Source: Candidatus Aminicenantes bacterium
Lineage (GTDB): Bacteria > Acidobacteriota > Aminicenantia > Aminicenantales > JAFGBC01
DNA: 64,000 nt
Reading direction: 5' to 3'
Assembly (NCBI GenBank): GCA_963702005.1
Contig: OY969696.1
Span: 1,632,001-1,696,000 of the forward strand
The position numbers were made by a program, and so were the translations under genes. This document shows, one piece after another, positions 39,361 through 48,085 of this stretch (within the stretch, counting starts at the first letter, position 1; every line of letters begins with the position of its first letter). The notes beneath the pieces are model-generated. The model saw only the letters and a program-made list of their open reading frames with translations. It did not search any database and had not been told where the DNA came from.

Positions 39361-40647
39361 ATGCCCACCCGAAAGCGGCTTCTCGTTTTCATCGCCGTTC
39401 TCACCTTAACTTTCGTTTTGGCCGCCGCGGCGGATTTTCCTCAAGGAAATTCCCGGGAGCTCGGATTCGACCCGGTACGGCTGGGGCGGGTTGACGCCCT
39501 GTTCGAAGGATTCATCGCCCAGGGGAAGCTCTCCGGCGCCGTCGCCCTCGTCTTGAAGGACGGCAAAGCCGTTCTTTATAAATCCTACGGCAAGATGGAC
39601 CGGGAGGCCGGGATTCCCATGCCCAAGGACGCCGTCTTCCGGATCGCCTCTATGTCAAAAGCCCTGACCGCGGCTGCGGTCATGATACTTTACGAGGAGG
39701 GCCGATTCCTCCTCCAGGACCCCGTCGTTAAATTTATCCCGGAATTCGCCGAGCCATCCGTGGCCGTGCCCCTTCCGGTCGGCGTTCAATCCGCGGCCAA
39801 ATACTACCTGGAAAAAGCGCATCGGCCCATGACCATCCATCAGCTTTTGACCCATACCTCGGGCTTAACCTACGGCTACGACATCTCCCAGGACGCTTGG
39901 AAGGAAGCGGGCATCCAGGGCTGGTACCTGGCGGCCCGTAATGAGACCATCGGCGACGTCGTCAAACGGATGGCCAAGCTCCCCCTCGACGGCCACCCCG
40001 GCGAGAAATGGCTCTACGGCTATTCGTCCGACGTCCTGGGATATCTCGTCGAGGTTGCCTCGGGGATGCCGTTCGACCGCTTCTTGGAGGAGCGCCTCTT
40101 TAGGCCGCTCCGGATGACCGACACATCCTTCTGGATGACCAACGGCAAGGCCGCCCGCTTCGCGCCCGTCTACGGCCTTTCCCCGGAGGGCGTCCTGACC
40201 AAGAACGAGGACAACGCCAAGACCGATTACCTCAAAGGCCCCAAGAAGTGTCTCTCGGGGGGAGCCGGGATCCTGTCGACGGCCGTCGATTACGGCCGAT
40301 TCCTCCAGATGCTCCTTAACGGCGGGGTCCTCGACGGCGTCCGCGTCCTCAGCCCCAAGTCGGTGGAGCTCATGCATGTCAACGCGACACGCGACCTCTA
40401 CCGCCGCGACGGCTGGGGACGGGGGGAGACCTTCGGATTGGGCTTCTGGGTCAGGGAGGATATCGGGACCTACGGCGAGCTCGGCTCGAAAGGAGCCTTC
40501 GGCTGGGGGTCGGCCTATTATCCCATCTACTGGGTCGATCCCGAGCAAAGGCTGGTCGGCCTGTTCATGACGCAGCTCATGCCGGCCGCGGATCTTCCCC
40601 TCAGCCGGCAGTTCCCGGTCATGGTCTACCAGGCCCTGGTCCGCTGA
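39361..40647 (+). CDS. Serine hydrolase, beta-lactamase family (EstB/esterase-like)
   Basis: FRIASMSK, LLTHTSGL, PGEKWLYG, SGGAGILST, FGWGS. Confidence 0.9.
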   Translation: MPTRKRLLVFIAVLTLTFVLAAAADFPQGNSRELGFDPVRLGRVDALFEGFIAQGKLSGAVALVLKDGKAVLYKSYGKMDREAGIPMPKDAVFRIASMSKALTAAAVMILYEEGRFLLQDPVVKFIPEFAEPSVAVPLPVGVQSAAKYYLEKAHRPMTIHQLLTHTSGLTYGYDISQDAWKEAGIQGWYLAARNETIGDVVKRMAKLPLDGHPGEKWLYGYSSDVLGYLVEVASGMPFDRFLEERLFRPLRMTDTSFWMTNGKAARFAPVYGLSPEGVLTKNEDNAKTDYLKGPKKCLSGGAGILSTAVDYGRFLQMLLNGGVLDGVRVLSPKSVELMHVNATRDLYRRDGWGRGETFGLGFWVREDIGTYGELGSKGAFGWGSAYYPIYWVDPEQRLVGLFMTQLMPAADLPLSRQFPVMVYQALVR

Positions 40648-40685
40648 TGATGGGCCGGAATGTTCCAAATTCAAAGGGGGTTCCG

Positions 40686-41465
40686 ATGACCTTTGACCTC
40701 AAAAAGTGTTCATGGGTTCTGATCTTTCTGGCCTTCGTCTCATGGGGCCGCGCTTTCGCGCAGGCCGCCGCGGAGATCCCCGATGATCAGGCGAAGGAAC
40801 GGTTGGGCTATATCGAGAACGCCCTCGGCACGGCCCAGCCGCGCGCCAGAACCTGGTGGTACGGTTGGCTGGCCGGCTATGCGACCGCGACCGCGGCGCA
40901 GTGGGGCCTTTCCGCCGCCCATTGGAACGACGTCAAGCCGGCCGATGATTCGCCGAATGCTCCCAAAGTCCGCGACCGCGAGTTCGCCCAGGATATGCTC
41001 GTGGGCGGGGCGACCACGGCCCTCGGCGTCGGCGGCCTGTTGATGGACTCCTTCCTGCCGGCTTACGGCGTCAAAAAATTGAAATCCTTTCCGGACGGCA
41101 CGCCCGAAGAGCGCCGAGTCAAGCTCGCTGAGGCCGAGGAGCTTCTTCGCCGCTGCGCCGAGCGGGAGAAAGCGGGGCGAGGCTGGACCACCCATCTCCT
41201 CAACCTAGGCGCCAACGCGGCGGCCGGGATCGTGACCGCGGCCGCCTTCAAACGGCCTTGGAGCGACGGGCTTATCACCTTCGCCATCGGAGAAGCCGTC
41301 TCCCTGGCCAATATCTTCATCCAGCCGCGCCGGGCGATCCGCGATTGGAATAATTATCAAGTCCGCTACCTGGGCAAGGAAGGAGCGCTCCTTCCCGCGC
41401 CCGCCGAAAGCCGCTGGTCGCTCAGCGTCTTTCCGGGCGGGCTGAGCCTCTCCCTTCAATTTTAA
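40686..41465 (+). CDS. Exported/membrane hypothetical protein
   Basis: Signal peptide, hydrophobic Gly/Ala helices, C-terminal GLSLSLQF. Confidence 0.7.
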   Translation: MTFDLKKCSWVLIFLAFVSWGRAFAQAAAEIPDDQAKERLGYIENALGTAQPRARTWWYGWLAGYATATAAQWGLSAAHWNDVKPADDSPNAPKVRDREFAQDMLVGGATTALGVGGLLMDSFLPAYGVKKLKSFPDGTPEERRVKLAEAEELLRRCAEREKAGRGWTTHLLNLGANAAAGIVTAAAFKRPWSDGLITFAIGEAVSLANIFIQPRRAIRDWNNYQVRYLGKEGALLPAPAESRWSLSVFPGGLSLSLQF

Positions 41466-41476
41466 CTTGCCGCAGC

Positions 41477-43195
41477 TCAGTCGCTGAGTAGCTTGAGAAC
41501 GGTTTTTCTCTTTTCTCGAAAGGCGGGGACGTTGATATCGTATTCGGTGAAGCTGTAGACGACCTGCCGCGCCAGCTCTTTCGCCTCCTCGGGGAGCTTT
41601 TCCGCCAGCCGGCAGAGGAGCTCGTGGTCGACGATCCCGTCCCGCATCGTCTCGAGCCGGATCGAGGGGAGGACCCGGCCCTGGGCCGGATAGACGATCC
41701 AGGAGTCGCCGGCCGGTAGGACCAGCCCGGATTCGGTCTGGATCCGGGTCGTCTCGTAGAAGGGGTCGTCCGTCCACCAGTTGAATCCCCAATGAAGGTA
41801 GCCGGGTGAGCCGTAGCGGAAATTGATCCAGTGGAGGAGGCGGGCCTTGATCAGGGGCTGCTCGATGAAGCGGTTCGCGTATTCCCCCTGGGGAAATACG
41901 CACGTGTAGAACCAGACTTCACCGCCCTTGGCCGCGGTCTCGGCATAGAAGGCGTTGTCGGTGTCGAAGAAGTTGAGCTGGGGCACCCAGATGTCGAGCA
42001 GGTCGGCCAGGTTCCGGGTGTGGCAGGCTTCGATGATTTTCAAGCCGGGGGCGTATTGCTTGACGAAGCGGGCGATCTCGACATAGGAAGCGAAATTCTC
42101 CTCGATCGGCTCGTCGGCCAGATGCTGCATGTAGATGCCCGTCCAGCCTTTCTCGTTGAGGTGGGCGACCAGGGCCGGCAGGAACTGAGAATAAAAACGG
42201 ACGGCCCGTTCGTCCGAGATCGGATATCTCCGAAATTCGACCGCGCCGGCGCCCACGACCTCGGGGACCGAGACGACAAACGGCGTGAGCCAGGTGCCCT
42301 CCCTTCCTCCGATATGGCCGCCCTCGATCCGGCCGATGACGCCCTCCTCGATGAAGATCCCGACCATCCGGTCGAACCGGGCGAAATCGAAGCCGTAGCG
42401 GCCGTTTTCCAGGGTATAAGTCGCGAGCTCGAGCGGGGAAATGAGCGCGACGTTTTGGCGGTACTCGGCCATGGCCCGGGCCAGCGCCCGGATGAGCTCC
42501 CAGTAGCGTTCCGAGTAAGGCTCGACCGGCCGGCCCCCGTTCATCAGCTTCAGCTTTTCAGGGTCCGTGGCGAACCAGTTGGTGACCCACAGCCGGGTCC
42601 GGTCGATGACGGGCGGGTAGACGCGGACCGCGCACTCCCGGGCCGTTCGGAACCTCCGGCCTTCCAGGGTGCCGGTCAGGGCGATCGTTCCTTTATAGAG
42701 ACCGGGCGCCGCGTCCTTGGGCACCGGCACGCTGACCCAGATCGGCTGAGTGGTCAGGGGCGGAAGCTCGGCCGGGGGCGCGGGCAGGATCGGGTCGGGA
42801 TAGAATCCGGACGGCGAGCAAAGCCTGTCCCGGCCCGACTCGGCGATCGTCCGGCCCATCCTGATATAGCCGACATAGCCGATCCAGGCCGTGCCGAGCC
42901 GGCCCTGTTCCGACTTGAATTCGGTCGCCTCGGCCCGAAGGTCCCTGAGGGCTCCGGACGAGCGGAGCGCGAATTGGAAGCTGGCGTGTTCGCCGCGGGC
43001 GACGTCGGCCTCGGCCGCGGAGCGCGGGAAAAAAGCGGTCTCACGGAAGATCTTTTCGAGGGGATCGACCGCATCGAAGACGAGACGGCCCGGCAGGTTT
43101 TCGCTCCGGACCCGCAGCTGGGAACATCCCGAAAGCAATATGAAGGCGGCAGCGAGCAAACCGGCCGGGATTGATAACGAACGATGAGCTTTCAT
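41477..43195 (-). CDS. DUF4091 / GH123-like glycoside hydrolase lipoprotein
   Basis: Lipobox LSGC; QPIWVSVPVPKDAAPGLYKG; ADEP; VWFYTC; GYLHWGFN; SIRLETMRDGIVDHE. Confidence 0.82.
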   Translation of the reverse strand: MKAHRSLSIPAGLLAAAFILLSGCSQLRVRSENLPGRLVFDAVDPLEKIFRETAFFPRSAAEADVARGEHASFQFALRSSGALRDLRAEATEFKSEQGRLGTAWIGYVGYIRMGRTIAESGRDRLCSPSGFYPDPILPAPPAELPPLTTQPIWVSVPVPKDAAPGLYKGTIALTGTLEGRRFRTARECAVRVYPPVIDRTRLWVTNWFATDPEKLKLMNGGRPVEPYSERYWELIRALARAMAEYRQNVALISPLELATYTLENGRYGFDFARFDRMVGIFIEEGVIGRIEGGHIGGREGTWLTPFVVSVPEVVGAGAVEFRRYPISDERAVRFYSQFLPALVAHLNEKGWTGIYMQHLADEPIEENFASYVEIARFVKQYAPGLKIIEACHTRNLADLLDIWVPQLNFFDTDNAFYAETAAKGGEVWFYTCVFPQGEYANRFIEQPLIKARLLHWINFRYGSPGYLHWGFNWWTDDPFYETTRIQTESGLVLPAGDSWIVYPAQGRVLPSIRLETMRDGIVDHELLCRLAEKLPEEAKELARQVVYSFTEYDINVPAFREKRKTVLKLLSD

Positions 43196-43203
43196 GCGAA
43201 TCC

Positions 43204-44850
43204 TCACCCGCCCAGGATGGAAAGATCGGCGACGGGCAGGAACTTGGGCGGCCGGCGGGCTTTGACGGCCTGCTCGAAGGCGTAGGCGATTGCGATCAGG
43301 GTCGGCTCGCTCCAAGCCTTGCCGAAAAAGGACAGGCCGACCGGAAGCCCGAAGACGAACCCGGCCGGGACCGTGATGTGGGGATAACCCGCGACGGCGG
43401 GGGGCGTCGAACAGCCGCCCCCTACGAAGTGATCGCCGTTGACGAGGTCGGTCGTCCAGGCCGGGCCTCCGGTCGGGGCCACCAGCGCGTCGAGCCGATG
43501 CTTGTCCATGAGGGCGTCGATCCCTTCCTTCCGGGTGAGGCGATGGTTCTTGGCCAGGGCGTCCAGGTAGGCTTTGTCCGTCAAGGGGCCCTTGGCCTCG
43601 GCCTGGAGGAAGAGCTCCTGACCGAAGTAGGGCATTTCCTTGTCGCGGAGCCTCTCGTTGAATGCGATGATCTCCTTGAGGCTATGGACCGGCGCGGACG
43701 GATCGAGCCGGGCCAGGTAGGCGTTGAGGTCGGCCTTGAATTCGTAAAGGAGCACCTCGAACTCCGAATCGTCCACTCGCTTTTTCTTGTCGAAATCGGC
43801 CGGGTCGATGAGGACGGCGCCGAGCTTCTTGAGGTCTTCGAGCCGAGCTTCCATGATTTTATCAACCATGTCATGGAACTTGAAGAAGCCGCGGACGACG
43901 CCGATCCGGGCCCCCTTGAGGCCGTTCGGGTCCAGGGCCTTCGTGAAGTCCGGGGAAAGGGGGGCGCGGGCGTCCCGGGTCGCGGGGTCGTTGGGGTCGG
44001 GGCCCGCCAACGCCAACAACAGGGCCGCCGCGTCGGCCACCGTCCGGGCCATCGGGCCGGCCGTGTCCTGGCTGTGGGCGATCGGGACGACGCCGGACCG
44101 GCTGACGAGTCCGAGCGTGGGCTTGATCCCGACGATCCCGTTGGTCGCCGAGGGGCAGACGATCGAGCCGTCCGTCTCGGTCCCGACCGCGGCCGCGCAG
44201 AGGCTGGCCGCGGCGGCGGCGCCCGAGCCGGAGCTCGAGCCGCAGGGATTCCGGTCCAGGGCGTAAGGGTTTTTGGTCTGGCCGCCCCGCCCGCTCCAAC
44301 CGCTCGTCGATCGGGAGGACCGGAAGTTGGCCCACTCGCTCAAGTTCGTCTTCCCCAGGAGGACGGCCCCGGCCTCGCGAAGTCTCCGGACCAGGAAGGC
44401 GTCCTCGGGCGGCACCGACCCTACCAGGGCGAGCGAACCGGCCGTCGTCTGCATCAGGTCGCGGGTGGCGATGTTGTCCTTGATCAGGACCGGGATGCCG
44501 TGAAGAGGGCCGCGCGGACCCTTGGCCTTCCGTTCGGCGTCCAGGGCGTCTGCGATCGTCCGCGCTTCGGGATTGACCTCGATGACCGAGTTGAGGCCGG
44601 GTCCCTTCTTGTCGACCTCCTCGATCCGGGCGAGGTACAGGTCGGTCAGGGCGCGGGCCGTATACCGTCCCGAGCCCAGACCGGCTTGGAGGTCGGCGAT
44701 GGTCGCCTCCTCGAGTTCGAATGGTCGGGCCGGGGCAGACCCGGGCGGGGGAGGGGCCGAAGGGGATTCCCCGGACCGGCAGGCCGTGTTTCCGGCGGCG
44801 GCCAAGGCGCTCCCCGCCAAACCGTAATGCAGGAATTGTCTTCGTTTCAT
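43204..44850 (-). CDS. Amidase (amidase signature family), Tat-exported
   Basis: MKRRQFL Tat motif; IKDNI, GKTNLSEWANF, GSSSGS, GTETDGSIVCPS. Confidence 0.93.
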   Translation of the reverse strand: MKRRQFLHYGLAGSALAAAGNTACRSGESPSAPPPPGSAPARPFELEEATIADLQAGLGSGRYTARALTDLYLARIEEVDKKGPGLNSVIEVNPEARTIADALDAERKAKGPRGPLHGIPVLIKDNIATRDLMQTTAGSLALVGSVPPEDAFLVRRLREAGAVLLGKTNLSEWANFRSSRSTSGWSGRGGQTKNPYALDRNPCGSSSGSGAAAAASLCAAAVGTETDGSIVCPSATNGIVGIKPTLGLVSRSGVVPIAHSQDTAGPMARTVADAAALLLALAGPDPNDPATRDARAPLSPDFTKALDPNGLKGARIGVVRGFFKFHDMVDKIMEARLEDLKKLGAVLIDPADFDKKKRVDDSEFEVLLYEFKADLNAYLARLDPSAPVHSLKEIIAFNERLRDKEMPYFGQELFLQAEAKGPLTDKAYLDALAKNHRLTRKEGIDALMDKHRLDALVAPTGGPAWTTDLVNGDHFVGGGCSTPPAVAGYPHITVPAGFVFGLPVGLSFFGKAWSEPTLIAIAYAFEQAVKARRPPKFLPVADLSILGG

Positions 44851-44930
44851 GATACCTCCTCGCTTCGGGATGAACGTATCACGCCCCCCAATTCCGGTCA
44901 AGCCGACGGCTCGGGGCGATGGATTGAGTT

Positions 44931-44958
44931 AAAAAACGAAGGACGGTTCCCGCCGTCC
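44931..44958 (-). terminator. Putative intrinsic terminator
   Basis: GGACGG/CCGTCC stem followed on the minus strand by TTCGTTTTTT, just after the stop at 44962. Confidence 0.4.
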
Positions 44959-44961
44959 GCT

Positions 44962-45465
44962 TCAGCTGTTGCCCATTTTGGCGCCGACGCTGTTGAAGAT
45001 GATCTTCAATTCCTGGGTCTTGCTCGTGTTATAGACGGCGATGGAGACGTTGAGGCCCCGGTAGATCAGGTAGCTCTTGCCGAGGTTGAGCGTCACGGTC
45101 TTGTTGGCGCCGTACCATTTCCCCTTGACGTCCTTGACGAAAGCGCCGCCGTCCCAGAGAGCGACGTCATCAAAGTAGGCATTCGCGTTGGGAGTGTTGA
45201 AGACGATCTGGATCTGGCTGACCGAGTAACCGTCCAAGGCCTTGTTGGGGATCGGGAAGTGGATCCAGGCCGACTTCCCGCGCTTGAGCTGAAATTCGAG
45301 GCCCCAACCCAGGTGGGCGTATTAGACGCAATTGGCGACGGCGTCCTCCTGGAGGACGGCCGCGGTTCCATGGGCGAAGAACCACTCGGCCCGGGCCGGC
45401 GCCGCCGTCAGGACCAGGACCGTGGAGACCGTTAGGATGGAGAATACGCGGAGCGGGACTCTCAT
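44962..45465 (-). pseudogene. Secreted DUF6623-like protein with in-frame TAA at codon 48 (45322-45324)
   Basis: MRVPLRVF...AEWFFAHG...NCV*YAHLGWG..WIHFPIPN..WDG..YRGLNVS aligns end to end with the 45695-46189 paralog. Confidence 0.75.
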
Positions 45466-45694
45466 GGGAATGGCTCCTTGTTTCTAACTTGAAGCCAAGC
45501 TAGCACGGCAGGCGGGCCGTGTCAATGTAGACCCCTCCCCATGAAGAGGTCTTTTCGATTTGCGGTCGGGCCCGGCTCAGGCCGGACGCCGAGGGATTAA
45601 TTTGCCCGCCGAGCCGGGCGGGCGGCCGCCTACCGGCTTCCTTCACTCGCGGCGGCGGCGAGCCCGCTCGAAAAAGTGTTCAGAACGATTTCAC

Positions 45695-46189
45695 CTATTT
45701 GTCGGTCATATTGGCGCCGACACAGTCGATGCCAAAGAATAAATCTGACCCGCCGGTCACGACCGTCGTCATGGTGATGTTAAGACCTCGATAGATCTTC
45801 CATTTTGCTCCCAGGTTGAGCTTGATGAGCTTGGCATGTCCGGACCACTTGCCGGTGATCGTTTTAAATTTAGTGGCGCCGTCCCAGACATCAACCTGAG
45901 TGATCTTGGCGTTGGCGCCGCCGGTCGAACAGTAGATCCAGATCTCAGAAACCGTCCAGTTGTTGTTGGCGGGGTTGGGGATAGGGACTTGAAGATAGCT
46001 GGTCGTGCCTTTTTTCTGCGTGAAGACGAGTCCGTTTCCGAAATATCCGGAGCTGACAATGTTGGTCATCTCCTGAATATGGCCGCCGGCCCCATGCATG
46101 TAAAACCAATCAGCTTGGGCGGGCGCGGCCGCCAAAGCTAAAATCCCGAGAAAAGCGAAAGCCAGAAAACCCTTCGACAAACGATTCAT
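45695..46189 (-). CDS. Secreted DUF6623-like protein
   Basis: Signal peptide AQA-DWFYMHG; VPIPNP; VDVWDG; YRGLNIT; VGA; the family name is a tentative recognition. Confidence 0.7.
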   Translation of the reverse strand: MNRLSKGFLAFAFLGILALAAAPAQADWFYMHGAGGHIQEMTNIVSSGYFGNGLVFTQKKGTTSYLQVPIPNPANNNWTVSEIWIYCSTGGANAKITQVDVWDGATKFKTITGKWSGHAKLIKLNLGAKWKIYRGLNITMTTVVTGGSDLFFGIDCVGANMTDK

Positions 46190-46311
46190 TGTATATCCCT
46201 CCCGGATATTGAAGTTGACCTCAGGTTAGCACGGAACCGGTCTGAAGTCAACCGGGAATGAAATCCGAGGGGAGGAGCGCGTTTGCGGCCCGCCGGCTCG
46301 GGCCCGGGGGA

Positions 46312-47175
46312 TCAGCGGCTCTTGATATCGCGGCCGACGGCCCGGAGGCGGTCTCCGGCGAAGGTCAGTTTGATGAAGGAGCCGTCCAGCCAGAAATAGA
46401 GGAAATGCCGCCCCCCGCCGTCTCCCGCGAGGATCAGGTTGGGCGTTCCCATGACCTTGACGGTCTCGGCGACCGGAAGCCCGGCCGCGCCCGTCCGCAG
46501 TCCGTTGATTCGCGCTTCGAGGCCGGACGGGGAGGAGGCCGCGACCGCGCCGCGTAGCTCGGACCACTTCGGCCGGGGGACCTCCGCGATCAGGGCGTCG
46601 GGGGCGAGGACGTAGGCGAGGCTGGCCACCCGCTCCGACTGTTCGGCGCCGGCCGGGGCGGTTTCCCAGGCGACTTTGAGCAGGACGCATTCGGCCGGCC
46701 TGAAGATTTCGCAGGCGGGCGGGCGGCAATTCAGCGGGGCGGACAGGACGGGATCGGCCAGGGGGTGGCCGTAGAGAGAAACGAGCTCCGCTCGAAATTC
46801 ATTTTTGGCCCGAGGCTCGGCCGGGGTCAGGATTATTGCCGTCAGGAACTCATAGGGCCGATCGTCCCCCGAAGCGCGGGCGGCTTCGGGCTGGATGTTC
46901 TTGGAAACCGGGACGCTCTTGAACAGGAGCTGGACATTGGTGAAGGCGCCCCGGTTTGCGTATTCGAGGCTTCGTGCCCCCTCAAGGCCGGGCGGACCCC
47001 AGGCATCCACGACGGCCTCTTTGGCCATGCCCAGGGTGAGGCCTTCGAACTCGAACCCGAGAGGGTGGGGAGGGGGGCCCGCGTCCAAGGAAGGAGACGA
47101 CCCGCTGTCTCCGGATGAGCAGGACGCCATCGCGACGGCGATGACGCCCGCCAAAGCCAGAGCGCGAGCCTTCAT
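46312..47175 (-). CDS. Hypothetical lipoprotein
   Basis: Lipobox MASC after hydrophobic signal; SmpA/OmlA-like repeats (VVDAWGPP, VKVMGTP). Confidence 0.7.
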   Translation of the reverse strand: MKARALALAGVIAVAMASCSSGDSGSSPSLDAGPPPHPLGFEFEGLTLGMAKEAVVDAWGPPGLEGARSLEYANRGAFTNVQLLFKSVPVSKNIQPEAARASGDDRPYEFLTAIILTPAEPRAKNEFRAELVSLYGHPLADPVLSAPLNCRPPACEIFRPAECVLLKVAWETAPAGAEQSERVASLAYVLAPDALIAEVPRPKWSELRGAVAASSPSGLEARINGLRTGAAGLPVAETVKVMGTPNLILAGDGGGRHFLYFWLDGSFIKLTFAGDRLRAVGRDIKSR

Positions 47176-47369
47176 ACTCCCTCCTTCTCTCATCGCGAAC
47201 GAACCGGGGCGTCGAGACGGACCGCCGAAACTTCAACGAGTGGCTCTTATATCTTGGCGGCGCCCTGTCCGACCCCTCTCGGTTACTTTTACTTTATACC
47301 AGACCGAATCGATGATGTCAACCGGCCCCCGCTTCAGGCGCGGCCGTCCTTAGTAATTACCAACTCATC

Positions 47370-47397
47370 TTGACGCGGGGTTCGTTCCTGATAGAAT
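47370..47397 (+). promoter_or_regulatory. Putative sigma70 promoter for the dms operon
   Basis: TTGACG-16 nt-TAGAAT with extended TG. Confidence 0.45.
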
Positions 47398-47409
47398 GAA
47401 TTATCGAGC

Positions 47410-48072
47410 ATGGCTAAAACCCGATCTCGAGCGATTTTGGTCGTTCTGTTCTGGGGCGGGCTATGGGGGCTTGCTGAAGCCATGCTGGGGCACGCCCTTC
47501 ATCTCCTCCGTATCCCCGGCCTGGCCGGCTGGATTATGTTTCCGGTCGGTTTCTGGACGATTAGGCGCGCTTACCGGCAATCTGGCCGGGCCGTCGTTTT
47601 AGCCGGGGTTCCGGCCGCGGCGGCGGCCGTCAAACTGGCGGATTTCTTGCTCCCCATATCGGATCCCTTCATCGTCATCAATCCGGCCGCGGCCATCCTG
47701 TTGGAAGGATGCGCCGTCGCCGTACTGTTCCTCCGGCTCAAGGGGCGGACGCCTTCGTTGGCCTCACTCCTCGCGGCCGCGGCGGCGTGGCGGGCCGCCT
47801 ATTTCGGCTGGGGCATAGCCGCCTCGGCTTTTCTCCAAGCTTCGAATCGATTCGGCCTGGCCGGCTTCGACCCCTGGAGCTATTTCGCCGCCGATTCGTT
47901 GATTAACGCGGCGCTTATTCGAGCTCCTTTCGAAGTCGCGAAGCGCGGGGCGTCGGGCAAGCTCCGCCCCCGGTCGCTCGGATGGCTGGATCTGATGGCG
48001 GCGAACCCGGCGCTGGCCGTTTCGGCCGTCCTCTTGGCCGCCGCGGCCGAGATCCTGCTGAGGCGAGGTTGA
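47410..48072 (+). CDS. Integral membrane protein (ECF S-component-like)
   Basis: GGLWGLAEAMLG..LH, INPAAAILLEG; about 6 TM helices. Confidence 0.65.
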   Translation: MAKTRSRAILVVLFWGGLWGLAEAMLGHALHLLRIPGLAGWIMFPVGFWTIRRAYRQSGRAVVLAGVPAAAAAVKLADFLLPISDPFIVINPAAAILLEGCAVAVLFLRLKGRTPSLASLLAAAAAWRAAYFGWGIAASAFLQASNRFGLAGFDPWSYFAADSLINAALIRAPFEVAKRGASGKLRPRSLGWLDLMAANPALAVSAVLLAAAAEILLRRG

Positions 48073-48085
48073 CGGTCCAACGTCC

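Noticed and set aside
43171-45435. Long antisense/shadow ORFs (e.g. 754 aa here; also 3660-5177, 21367-23106, 53333-54796)
   Set aside because: Opposite-strand shadows of well-supported genes, expected at high GC; no motifs
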